Shown one piece after another: positions 48,315 to 59,000 of a DNA stretch of 64,000 nt (position 1 is its first letter; every line of letters starts with the position of its first letter). Below the pieces are notes generated by a model. It did no database searches. It saw only the letters and a list, made by a program, of their open reading frames with translations, and was not told where the DNA came from. The stretch spans positions 220,748-284,747 of the forward strand of contig CBDFLE010000004.1 of NCBI GenBank assembly GCA_965248925.1. The letters are read 5' to 3'. Both the position numbers and the translations under genes were made by a program. Source of the stretch: Candidatus Multivoradales bacterium. GTDB taxonomy: Bacteria > Acidobacteriota > Thermoanaerobaculia > Multivoradales > J023.

Positions 48315-48760
48315 TGACTCGAGTAGCCTTTTCAGTCACCCTGGTTGTGGCCTTGGCATGCGCGTCCGTTTCAGCGCCATGGAAGCGGACCATTCGAGGA
48401 TCAGTTGTAGCGTACGATCAGACGGCTACATTGACGAAGATCACATCTGCGCCGCAAGTGGATATTCTCATCGTCAAAGTGGAGGTAACCTCTCGGCCCG
48501 ATGCCGCAGGATCATTCAAGAAGGTCGTTCTCCACGGCTTCCATGGGGAACCACTTCCGCGCGAGTTGTTCGAGAAAGGCCACCGGTGGCGGTTCGCCGT
48601 CTCAGCAAGTCGAAGCATCGAAACTTGCACCGCACCACTTCCTTATCTGAAATGGCTAGACGAGCAAGCCAAGGTAAACGCGCCTGATCTGACTCGTGTC
48701 GAGTGTTTGGAGGCTAGGCGCTCTGGCGTGTCCCGTCCAAGCCGTCCACAGCCCGATTGA
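48314..48760 (+). CDS. Putative immunity protein 4, exported (signal peptide or lipoprotein)
   Basis: TGATG coupling to the toxin stop; MTRVAFSVTLVVALAC N-terminus. Confidence 0.7.
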   Translation: MTRVAFSVTLVVALACASVSAPWKRTIRGSVVAYDQTATLTKITSAPQVDILIVKVEVTSRPDAAGSFKKVVLHGFHGEPLPRELFEKGHRWRFAVSASRSIETCTAPLPYLKWLDEQAKVNAPDLTRVECLEARRSGVSRPSRPQPD

Positions 48761-48867
48761 TGTCCCGTCCGCCGCGTCCACGATCAAAAGTTGTCCCGTC
48801 CGCCGCGTCCGCGATCAAAATCGTAGCCAAACGGCCACTTTATTGGTCTGTCCCGTCCGCGGCGTCC
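48729..48867 (+). repeat. Four nested end-motif copies (48729, 48761, 48792, 48849)
   Basis: Each starts TGTCCCGTCC and carries progressively more of the same downstream sequence. Confidence 0.9.
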
Positions 48868-49073
48868 ACGATCAAAATCGTAGCCAAACGGCCACTTTAT
48901 TGGTCGCCTGCCTTCGTTGATGGACCCGCTCCTTGTCTCCTCTTCAGCTCACGCCGAGAATTTCCCAGACCGACGGCGATCTTCGCTAGTTGCCGAGAAT
49001 CCGAGGCGCCTGAGCGAGCCTTACCGTGGACAGCGCGTCGCAGCAGCCCATCAACTCGCCAGCCTGAGCCGCT

Positions 49074-49988
49074 CTACTTGGGCGCATAGAAGCCAGAGAG
49101 CACTCCTTGCCAGGCGGTCATGAATCGTAGGTGCCCCCGTGAGGGCTTGCGGCCGGTCCAGATCTCGGCTGGCGTGTAGCCATCGAGGCTTTGGTGCGGG
49201 CGCAGTTCGTTGTACCAAAACCGGAAGACATCCAGCTGCCGCTGGGCCTTGCGGCCCGCTGGCAGCGGCTCGCGCCGCCGCCGCAGGCGCTCTTTGAAGG
49301 TACCGAAGAACCGTTCGACGCGGCCGTTCTGCCAGGGCGAGGCCACCTGAGTTCGCTGGTGGCGAATACCCAGTATGGCCAGCGAAAGCCGGAAGATCCA
49401 AGATGTAAAGACTGGCTCGTTGTCAGTGCGCAAGCACTTTGGCTTGCCGCATAGCTCGATCGCGTTGAGCAGCTGGCGAACCAGCTCAATGGAGGCTTTG
49501 GTCTTCACCGTCTGAAGGCTCAAGCAGAGCCGAGTGCCGTGGTCGAGCAGGCCGAAGATGGTTTCTTTCTGGCCGGCGGTGTTATCAGCGTAGGTGAGAT
49601 CGGCGGCCCAGATCAGCCGCTTGCCGCCGATCCCAGGTTTTCTCCTGCGGATCTTCCGGCGCCAAGCGAGAATCTCCAGCTGGTGCTCGTTGAAGATCTT
49701 TGCAACGTAGCTCTTGCCCACCGTCATTCGGCGATGGCGGTAGTTGCGATTGAAGGCTGCCGCGATCGCCCTACAGCCATCGTCGGGCTGCAACGCCTTG
49801 AGCCGGATCACCGCTTGGCGCACCCACTTGGGCTTGCGCCGGCAGAAGCCGCGATAAGTCGTTGGGTCGGGTGGACACTTGGCTCGGCGGCGGTGCTTCG
49901 CCCTGGGTTGCAGGGCGAGCGAAGTGAGCGCAAGAATCAGAAGTAACATGAAGGCACAGAGTAGGGCGCCGCCAAGATCGGGAGTCAT
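49074..49988 (-). CDS. rve/DDE integrase-core protein (304 aa), intact
   Basis: Same DDE motifs as 44894-45808. Confidence 0.88.
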   Translation of the reverse strand: MTPDLGGALLCAFMLLLILALTSLALQPRAKHRRRAKCPPDPTTYRGFCRRKPKWVRQAVIRLKALQPDDGCRAIAAAFNRNYRHRRMTVGKSYVAKIFNEHQLEILAWRRKIRRRKPGIGGKRLIWAADLTYADNTAGQKETIFGLLDHGTRLCLSLQTVKTKASIELVRQLLNAIELCGKPKCLRTDNEPVFTSWIFRLSLAILGIRHQRTQVASPWQNGRVERFFGTFKERLRRRREPLPAGRKAQRQLDVFRFWYNELRPHQSLDGYTPAEIWTGRKPSRGHLRFMTAWQGVLSGFYAPK

Positions 49989-50038
49989 GCCCTGAGAATA
50001 CCGATCTCACGCAGCCTAGCCCGAGGTGCCGCGCTGCC

Positions 50039-50506
50039 TCACGTATCACCTCCCGAATGCCAGAAGCCCGGCTTGTGCAACTCCAGCACGAAGTCCACCT
50101 CGGCGGCCCTCGTCTCGTAGTCACGCCGCTCCTTCGCCGCCGCGATCCTGGCGGCGATCTCGCTGGCCAGGTGCTCTCCCTTGCCGGGTCGCGTCGGCAA
50201 AGCTTCTCTGGCCACATCGCGGAGGACTTGCTCCACCAGCGCCCGGTCCTTCTTCTTCGGGTCGCTAGCGTGGTTGAGAAACCACAGGATCAGCGCCGCG
50301 GGCTCGAGGAAGCGGTGGTTGACCGCGGCCAGGAAGGCCGCGGTCAGCTCTTCGATCGGTACGCTGGCAGAAAGCTTAATCTCAGCCAGGCTGTCGATGC
50401 TGGAATGATTGAGTCGCTGGTTGGCGCCGGTGACCTGAGCGGCGATCTGGCGTACTGTCTGGTGGATCTGTTCGGTGGTCATAGGCTTTCTGGACAGAGT
50501 GGCCAT
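50039..50506 (-). CDS. Hypothetical protein (155 aa) of the module
   Basis: AGGAGG RBS; conserved across copies. Confidence 0.75.
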   Translation of the reverse strand: MATLSRKPMTTEQIHQTVRQIAAQVTGANQRLNHSSIDSLAEIKLSASVPIEELTAAFLAAVNHRFLEPAALILWFLNHASDPKKKDRALVEQVLRDVAREALPTRPGKGEHLASEIAARIAAAKERRDYETRAAEVDFVLELHKPGFWHSGGDT

Positions 50507-50531
50507 TCTGGTGTTCCTCCTAGGTGATCTA

Positions 50532-50670
50532 TTATTGGCGGATATTGACGCCGAAGCCGATGGCCATGGTTTCGATGGCTTGGGCCAGGGCGATGTGTTG
50601 CTCGGTGAGTTCGGCCTCCGGCGTGGCGGGCAGCTTGAGGGTCAGCAAAGTGCCTCGTAGATGAACTTCT
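50532..50670 (-). pseudogene. 3' remnant of PCD-like protein 2
   Basis: Same ~180-bp deletion as in module B. Confidence 0.65.
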
Positions 50671-50767
50671 TTGAGGTCACGGTTCAAGAAAAAGCACCCT
50701 CCGGGCAGAAGGGACCGGTCCTGCCCGGAGGGGAGTCGCCGTGGTTGGGGAGGGACCACCACGGCTA

Positions 50768-51040
50768 TCACAGGGGACTCAGGGAGCGAGCGAGGTCGAA
50801 ATATTCCGGCCGCAGACGGGCCGGCGCCACCGGCCCGATCCGCACCGAGACCCAGCGGCCGACCATCGCGGCTCTGGGTTCTAGGTCGGTGAGTTCACCG
50901 CGATAAAACACCCACTCGACGAAGATCAGTGAATCGCGCCAGGAATCAAAGAGATATTTGCGGGTGACCTTCTGTTGCCCCTTGATTTGTCGCCAATCGG
51001 GTAAGGTGTTTAGTGCCTGTTGGATCTCTTCGTCGGTCAT
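50768..51040 (-). CDS. PCD/DCoH-like protein 1 (90 aa, module C)
   Basis: MTDEEIQQALNTLPDW...; one extra G gives a stop right after the domain. Confidence 0.75.
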   Translation of the reverse strand: MTDEEIQQALNTLPDWRQIKGQQKVTRKYLFDSWRDSLIFVEWVFYRGELTDLEPRAAMVGRWVSVRIGPVAPARLRPEYFDLARSLSPL

Positions 51041-51177
51041 CGCTCTCTCCTTGGGTCTGGGAGATCGTAGGCGAAGGCAGGAGGGATTGAGCAGACGTCC
51101 TGCCTTTCGAGCGCTCACTCCGCGCGGCCCGCTCCGTGATCGAGGGACTACCTGGCAGCTGGTTGATTCTGAGGCTT

Positions 51178-51227
51178 GAGGACTGTGAGTCCTCTTCATT
51201 GAGTAACAGAGAGGACTGAGAGTCCTT
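51178..51227. promoter_or_regulatory. Tandem palindromic operator pair (module C copy)
   Basis: GAGGACTgtgAGTCCTC and GAGGACTgagAGTCCTT, 33 bp apart. Confidence 0.6.
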
Positions 51228-51322
51228 TCTGTCCAAAAACTCCGTCGTTTTTGCTGTCGAGGCCCCGGAGAGCCGTTGGTTGCGATACTCTTTGGGCCTA
51301 GTCAATATCTCTGGAGGGAGCA

Positions 51323-52669
51323 ATGTTTGGCGAATCAGCGAGCGAGCAGCACCAGCGATGCCTACAAACGCTGAAGGCCCATGTGCGACGGCATCCGATG
51401 TCGGTAAGGGAGATCGAGCGCCGCCTGGGATATTCTCCGTCCTACTTGCACCGGATCCTTCGTGGCAAAGTAGGGTTGTCGTTTGAGGGCTTGTTGCAGA
51501 TGCTCGAAGTGGTGGATATGAGCTTCGAGGAGCTGGCGATCAAGACGGCGCGAGTGGATGCTGAGGGATTGTTGGAGAGAGCCTTACCTATGGGCACGGT
51601 AGATCCGCCAGAAATTAAGCAGCTGGCGTTAGTAGCAACTCAGCTCATCGAAGGTGATCTTATTGAAGCAGCATCCGATTCAGCATGTCAGGCGCTATTT
51701 CAGGCGGTGAGTGAAGCTGATGAGCAGCGCTACTCGGACCCCTGGTTAGCCGCTGAAAAGGCGTGGTCAATCGCAGCTTGTGTAGCGCCTAGAATAGCCG
51801 GCAGATCGGCGCTGGAACTCTGCTGTGGAGCGATCAGCGTATACGGGTCTTGCTGCCGAATTGGCGGAGCTGCTCAGCACGCGATTCGCGCGTTGATCAC
51901 CGTCAGCCAGCTCGTTCGCTCGTGCGGGCTGAGCCATCGGGCGGACTGGCTTCTTCGGGCCTCGGCGGCCTTGAATAGTCATGGTGAGCACGATGCAGGG
52001 CTGGAACTTGCTATTGTAGCTGGGGAGATCTACGAGAGATCCGGAGACAGTGCGGGTATGGGTTCGGCTTGTATCAGCAAGGCTCAGGCCTTGACACTTC
52101 TGCCGGACTTCGAGCGTGCAGAGATCGCGTTGCGACTTGCTATTCTCCAGATTCCGTCGCTAGGCTATGAGCGTCAGATATGCGCGGCACATCACGGTCT
52201 TGCAAAGATTCTGATCTTCCGAGGGGACTTAGGGGAGGCGAGTTCACATCTCAAGCTTGCATTGTCGATAACCCACAGTTCGGACACATACTGCCGGGGC
52301 ATGCTGGCCCGAACCATGGGCAATTGGCATTCGAAGAAAGGACATAGGGAAGCAGCGATAGAGAGTTTTCGCCTGGCGGAAAGCTGCCTTTCTGGGATTA
52401 ACCCTTTCGACACGACATTCGTCGTACTCGATCAGATCGAGTTTTGTTTGGAAGATGGCCGACCCCATGAGGCGATCAAGGCTGCCGAAGACACGTCCGA
52501 GCTGATCGAGCTTTTCAAGTCTAATCCGATCGCGGGTGGCATTCTCTTGAGGCTTCGAGATGCTGCCCAGAAGGGGCGGCTGACTGTGCGTTTGATTGAG
52601 GTTGCCCGGAAGAAGATGGCCGGCAGGCGGTGTTGCGGAATCCGCCCACCGGCAGTTCTAGAAATCTAG
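51323..52669 (+). CDS. XRE-type HTH + TPR regulator (receptor C)
   Basis: HTH essentially identical to receptor A; TPR half diverged. Confidence 0.85.
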   Translation: MFGESASEQHQRCLQTLKAHVRRHPMSVREIERRLGYSPSYLHRILRGKVGLSFEGLLQMLEVVDMSFEELAIKTARVDAEGLLERALPMGTVDPPEIKQLALVATQLIEGDLIEAASDSACQALFQAVSEADEQRYSDPWLAAEKAWSIAACVAPRIAGRSALELCCGAISVYGSCCRIGGAAQHAIRALITVSQLVRSCGLSHRADWLLRASAALNSHGEHDAGLELAIVAGEIYERSGDSAGMGSACISKAQALTLLPDFERAEIALRLAILQIPSLGYERQICAAHHGLAKILIFRGDLGEASSHLKLALSITHSSDTYCRGMLARTMGNWHSKKGHREAAIESFRLAESCLSGINPFDTTFVVLDQIEFCLEDGRPHEAIKAAEDTSELIELFKSNPIAGGILLRLRDAAQKGRLTVRLIEVARKKMAGRRCCGIRPPAVLEI

Positions 52670-52725
52670 CCGTTTGGCTCGATGAACCCACCATAGTGCG
52701 ATTCGGCTGGTTTGGACTTGAGCAT
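52666..52725 (-). CDS. Small peptide MLKSKPAESHYGGFIEPNG (19 aa), putative ligand of receptor C
   Basis: Hand-translated; GAGGGAG RBS; stop overlaps the receptor stop (CTAG). Confidence 0.8.
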   Translation of the reverse strand: MLKSKPAESHYGGFIEPNG

Positions 52726-52995
52726 TCGTTTCTCCCTCGAACCGAGCTAGACTGGCCACGTAATTGCGTCCGCTGCTCGCTACAGATGCCAAAGCTACCG
52801 TGCTTCTCAAGGCAGATCCTTCGATTGAATGCCCACCGGAGGGGTGGCCGAGGCCGTGTCCGCGGTTGAGTGCCAGCGGAACTCGATTGCTCATAAATCA
52901 CCGAAGGCTAGCTATTAGCTCCGAGTGAGGCCGCCAATAGGCGGGCCTCGTGCATCCAGCGCAGCAGAACCTCTGTCATTCAGTGATCTGAGGGG

Positions 52996-53059
52996 AAACG
53001 GTTCATTTCGAGCTTGCACAAATGAACCGTTTGGTCTCAGCGGTGGACTTGCCTACAGT
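52996..53059 (+). promoter_or_regulatory. 13-bp inverted repeat and putative rhs promoter (module C copy)
   Basis: Identical to 3080-3143. Confidence 0.55.
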
Positions 53060-53065
53060 CTTCCG

Positions 53066-56000
53066 ATGCCAAAACAGCTATCTCTGCGCTCTCTCCTCGT
53101 CCTCCAAGCCTCTCTCGGTGCCCTCCTACTGTCGGCGAGCGCCGCTCAAGCGGCGCCTGCCTTTATCTCGGTAACCCCCGCCGACGGCACTCTGTCGAGC
53201 GCCGCGACGGTGACTCTGACTATCGAAGTGCAGGCCGCGACCAGCTTGCAGGTGGATGGCCAAGCGGTCACCACGGTTGATCCCTCGGGGACGGTGTGGA
53301 CCGCTGGTCCTTACTCGTTGAGCGAGGGGGAGCGGGTGTTGGTGTTGATTGCCGAGGACGCTTCCGGGGTGCAGGCTCAGCAGCTGCACCGGGTGGTGCG
53401 GGACTCGCTGGCGCCGGTGCTGAGCCTGAGCCAGCCGGCGGCGGCGGCGATTGTCGCCAGCTCGCCGCTGACCGTGGCCGGCACGGCGGTGGATGCGCAT
53501 CTGGCGGTGGTGCGGGTGGGGGGGCAGGTGGCGGCTCTCAGTGGTGCGAGTTTTTCGCACTCGCTGGTCTTGGTGGAGGGCGAGCAGACGTTCACCGTGG
53601 AGGCGAGCGACAGCCTGGGGCAGAGCGGGCAGCAGAGTGTGACGGTGACTCTCGATAGCCAGCCGCCGACGGTGGCGCTGTTGGAGGGAGCTCAGCCGCT
53701 GGCGGCGGGTGCGCTGTTCAATCGCTCGGTGGTGCTGAGCTTCAGCGTCACGGATGCGACGGCTACGACGGTCGAAGCGCTGCTCGACGGCGCTTCGACC
53801 GTCTCTGGCACGATGGTGAGCGGGGCGGGCTCGCATGTGTTCTCAGTGACCGCCACCGACGCGGCGGGCCATCCGACTAGCGTCAGCCGGAGCTTTGAGA
53901 TCGACCTGACGGCGCCGACTTTTCTCAGCTTCACGCCGAGCGATGGCACCCTCTTGGCAGACTCGCAGGTGACCCTCAGCGGGGTGGTGGAGGGTGCGGC
54001 CGCGCTGAGTGTCGAGGGACAGGCGGCGAGCCTGGTGGGGCAGTCGTGGACGGCCGGGGCATTGCAGCTGATCGAGGGGGAGCGGGAGATTTCTATCCTC
54101 GCTACTGATCTGGCGGGCAATAGCGCCTCGTTCACCTTGCATTTGGAGCGCGACGCGACGGCGCCGCAGCTGATCGGCCTGGTGCCCAGCCTGGACACGG
54201 TTCTGGCGACCTCGCCGGTGGCCGTAAGCGGCACCGCGAGTGACGCCCACTTGCTGGAGGTGCGGGTGGGGGGCGAGCTGGCGAGCCTGACGGGCTCGCA
54301 GTTCAGCCAGCCGGCGGTGGCGCTGGTGGAGGGTGAGAATCTCCTGCCGATCGTCGCCACGGATCAGGTGGGCCATCAGGCGACGGCCGAGCTGCGGCTG
54401 GTGCTCGATACCCAGGCACCGACGCTGTCGCTGCTGGTGGCGGGGGTGCCGCTGCAGGGTGGCGCGGTGTTCGCCGGCCCGGTGACGCCTGAGATCTCGG
54501 CCAGCGACGCCACCGAGGTGGTGACGTCGGCGACTCTCGACGGCGCCACCTACTTGCCGGGCACGGTGATTGATGGCGATGGCTTGCATCAGCTGTCAGT
54601 GAGCGCCAGCGACGCGGCGGGCCATCAGGCGACGGTGCTGGTGAGCTTCAGCCTCGACCTGGCGCCGCCGGTGTTCGCGGATCTGGCGCCGGTGGCTGGC
54701 AGTGTGGACAGCGCTTCTCAGGTGACGCTGACCGGCCGCGCGCCGGGGGCGGTGTCGGTGTCGGTGGACGGGCAGGCGGCGACGCTGGCGGGGGATGGCT
54801 TCAGCGCCGGTCCCTTCAATTTGAGCGAAGGGGAGCGAGTGTTTCTGCTCGCCGCCATCGATGGCGGCGGCAACGTCACCCAGCTGACCCACCGCTTGAC
54901 CCGCGACTCGACGGCGCCGCAGCTCACCCTCGGCCAGCCGGCGGCCGGATCCCTGCTGGGGAGTACCACGGTCGATGTCAGCGGCACGGCGAGTGATCCG
55001 CGTCTTGATCAGGTGACGGTCAATGGGGTGCTGGCCGAAATCAGTGGCGGCGCTTTCCTGGCCCGTCAGGTGGCGCTTATTGAAGGTGACAATGTGCTCA
55101 CCGTGGTGGCGGCGGACACGGTGGGCAACGAGGTCCAAACGACCCGCTCGGTGACCGTTGATACGACGCCGCCGACGGTCGTCATCACCGACCCGGCCAG
55201 CGGCACGATCACCCCCGAGGCGGGGCTGACCCTGTCGGGCAGCGCCGCGGATCCTCATCTCGACCGGGTCGAGGTGGCGGGGGTGGGGGCGAGCCTGGTG
55301 GGTGAGCAATGGTCGTTGGCGGTGGATCTGCAAGAGGGCAGTAACACTTTCACCGTCGAAGCCTTCGACCCGCTCGGCCACAGCACCAGCGCCAGCGTCA
55401 CGGTGACTCGCGACAGCTCGGCGCCTGAGATCCACATCGAGAGCCCGGCCGAGGGGCTTTACAGCCCAGCAGCGAATCTCACGGTCAGCGGCACGGTGGT
55501 CGCGGAGCCCGATTTGACAGTGACGGTGGGCGGCGTGGCGGCGACGATTGCGGGCAGCAGCTGGAGCGCCGCCGCGGTGCCGCTAGTAGAGGGTGAGAAC
55601 CGGCTGATCGCAAGGGTGACCGACGCCCTGGGCAACCAAGGCACTCACACGCGGGTGGTGTGGCGCGACAACCAAGCGCCGGAGTTTCTATCGTCGATCC
55701 CCGCCGCGGGGGCTCTCGAGCTGCCGGCCGGCAGCAGCTTCCGGCTGCGCTTCAGCGAGCCGTTGGCGGCGCCCAGCGGGGGCGCCTACAGCCTCAGCAC
55801 ATTGGCTGGGCAAGCCCTGGCGAGCAGTGCCGAGATCGATGGCGACGACTTGGTGATCACCCCGCAGGCAGCACTGCCGTCGGCCACCGAGCTGCGCCTG
55901 GTGCTAGGGGCGGGGCTGGTCGATCGGGCGGGCAATGCTCTAGCGGCGGCTCATACTCTGGCTTTCACCGTGGTCGATGGCGGCTCCCCGGCGGCGCCGC

Positions 56001-59000
56001 AGCTCGACGCCTACGCTAGCTATCTCTGTGCGCCGGCTATCACCCTTGCCGGCAGTGCCGAGCCTGGTGCTTGGATCGAGGTAGATGGCGGGGCCTCAGT
56101 AGGAGCGGGGCAGGTGGCAGACGATGGCCGTTTCGCCATCAGCGTCGTGCTGCTGCCCGAGGGGCCGAATCACCTGACGGTGATCGCCGTCGACGCCGCG
56201 GGCAACCCCTCGCCCGCGACGAGCGCCGATATCGTCCACGATTGCACCGCGCCGGAGGTGCTGGGTGCCAGCCGGGAGGCGGCGGGATTCCGCATCGCCC
56301 TCAGCGAGACGGTCGACCCTCTGAGCTTGAGCGGCTCGGTGCGGGTGTACGACGGCGGGATGGAAATCGCCGGCACAGAGAGTGCGACTGCCAGCGAGCT
56401 GATCTGGACCGCCAGCGGAGCGTTGCCAGCAGTCGCTCTGCTGGTCGAAGTCGAGGGAGCTTTGGCGGACCTGGCCGGCAACCCGTTGGCTTTCCCCTAC
56501 CGGCAACTCTTCGATATAGCCCTGGGCGGTAGCTTCTTCTCTGGCACCGCTATCGACGACGCCTCCGGCCGGCCGCTGGGCGGGGTGCGGGCGGTGGTGA
56601 CGGCGAGCGATGGGGTGGCCCTGGCCGAGCCCTGGCCGGAGCAGACCAGCGGCGAGGACGGTCGCCTGGTGATCGCTCTGCCCGCCGGCACTCACGACGT
56701 GACCTTTGCCCGGCCGGGCTACACGCCGGTGTTTCGGGTGGTGACGACGGTCGACGGCCAAGGCACGGACGTTTTCGACCCTCGCCTGACGCCGGCCGCG
56801 GCGGCGGTGTCGATAGATGCATCGGGCGGCTTGGTGGAGGGCTCTTCCGAGGTCGGCACGGCGCCGCGTCTCACTCTTCCGCCCGCCGGCCTGGCGTCGG
56901 CTGCGGCGGTGCGCCTGACGGCGGTGGGCGGCCAGGGGCTGGCCGCCTTGCTGCCCTACGGCTGGGCACCGCGGGGTGCCGTCTGGGTGGATCTCTCGGC
57001 CGTGAATCTGGATAGTTCCGCGACCCTCGATCTGCCGGTGACCTCGGCCGACGGGACGGTCCTGGAAGCGGTGACTCTCGATCTCGCCACCCTGCAATGG
57101 CGTTCGCTGGGGGTGGTGACGGTGAGCGGCGGCGAGGTCACGATGACCGTCGACGGCGAAGGAGCCTGGGCGGCGGTGGAAGCCGACTCGGGAGCTTTGG
57201 CGCCGCCCCCGGCGGTCGCTGGCCAGATGCTGGGCTCCTCGGCCGCGCCGCCGTCCGGCGGGGTGACTAGCGCCAGCCTGAGCTTCGATCCCGAGGTGGT
57301 CTTGCCGACGCAGCGCAGCTGGGTACAGGTGCTCTACGGGCTGGCGGCGGAGGTGCCGAGCGGGGTGCCGCTGACTTTGTCGATCGAGGAGCGGCTGGAG
57401 CTACTCGATGGCAGCGTGCGGCGGATCAGTCCCTACAGCGCCGATCTGGTGCTCTACCGCGATTCGCTGGGCGATCCGACCTCGAGGTTCCGCCTGCGGC
57501 CTTCGGCCGCGGCGCGCAGCCTGCCGGTGCGGCTAGGTGCCGAGCAAGTCAGCGTGCGGTCCTACGGTGATGAGACGGTGCGCGGCAACGTGCTCGGCCC
57601 CGACGGCGGGGTGGTGTCGAGTGCCGAGGGCGATCAGGTGGTGTTGCCGACGGGAGCCCTCGAGGAGCCCACGGCGGTGACCCTGAGTCGCCGGACAGTG
57701 GCAGATCTGCCGCTGGCTCCACCCGCTGGTGGCACGGTCGATGGCGTCTTGGAGCTGGACCTTGCCGGCCGCCGGCTGTTGCTGCCGGCTGAGTTGTCGT
57801 GGTCGCTGACCCCGGCACCGGCTGCTGGCACGCCGGGTTTGTTGCTAGGGGTGGTGGAAGTGGAAGGCGAGCCGCGCTATCGGGCGATTGCCGAGCTGGA
57901 AGCCACCGGCACGGGCTGGAGGACCCAGGCGATTGACGCTGCCGATCTGGCCTGGCCGGGGGTGCTGGAAGGTGGTTTGTACGTTTTCTTGCGCCTCGAT
58001 GCGGCACCGCGCTTTGTGCGGGGCATGGTGCTTGACCCAGGAGGTGCTCCGGTCGTGGGCGCGGTGGTCGAGTCGACGACGGTGCCTTGGCTCCAGATCT
58101 CAGCCGCCGAGGGTGGCTACGTGCTGCCGATTCTGCTGGATGCCGCCACTCTCAGCGCGCGGCGCGCGGTCACCGGCAACGCGGTGGCGGTGGCGCTGCC
58201 GGCCGGGGTTGCGGCGGAGCGGGTCGATCTCGATTTGCCGCTACAGATCGTGGCGCCGTGGGTCGAGCAGATCACTCCGTCAGCGGGCACCAGCGGAGTG
58301 CTGCTCGGCTTCAATCCAGTGGTGCGTTTCAGCGAGCCGGTGGATCGGGCCTCGCTCGATGGCGCTATCGAGCTGCGCCAGGGGGGCGTGGCGGTGGCGG
58401 TGGCACTCGATCACCAGGGCGCCCTGGTCACCCTGCTACCGCAGGCGACGCTGGTGCCCGGCAGCGAGTACGAGGTCTGGGTGGGGGCGGCGGTGCGTGA
58501 CTTGCAGGGCTATGGGCTGAGCGGCTCGGTGAGCGTGCTGTTTAGCACCGAGGTGGTGGCGACGCCAGCCGGGGTCGATCGCGGGCGGATCTTCCTGGTC
58601 GAGCCCGATGCCCAGGGGCTGGCGCGAGTGGAGGGCCTGGCGGGGGCGGCGCCGGCCGGCACGCTGGTCTTCGTCGAAAACCTGACATCGTTCTCGACCA
58701 CCGAATCTGTACAGAGCGCGGGTGACGGCAGCTTCCTACTGACAATCGGCGCCAGCCTCGACGATCAGCTGCTGCTGCATGTGCTGATCGACGGCGGTAA
58801 CGAGGTAGTGATCCTGCTGACTCCGTTCCTGGGCGCCGACCTGCGCACCGGCCTGGCGGGGACGGGGGCGGGGGAGTTTACGACCGCCGATGGAATCACC
58901 GTGCGTTACGCGGCTGGCACCTTCGCCGGGCCGTCCAGGGTGCAGGTGACGCCGATCGCCATGGGCACGCTGGCGGCGGCAGAAGACTTCAGCGAGCTGG

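Noticed and set aside
48729-48906. CRISPR-like array
   Set aside because: The intervening sequences are nested pieces of the same downstream DNA, not unique spacers; spacing is irregular and there are no cas genes.
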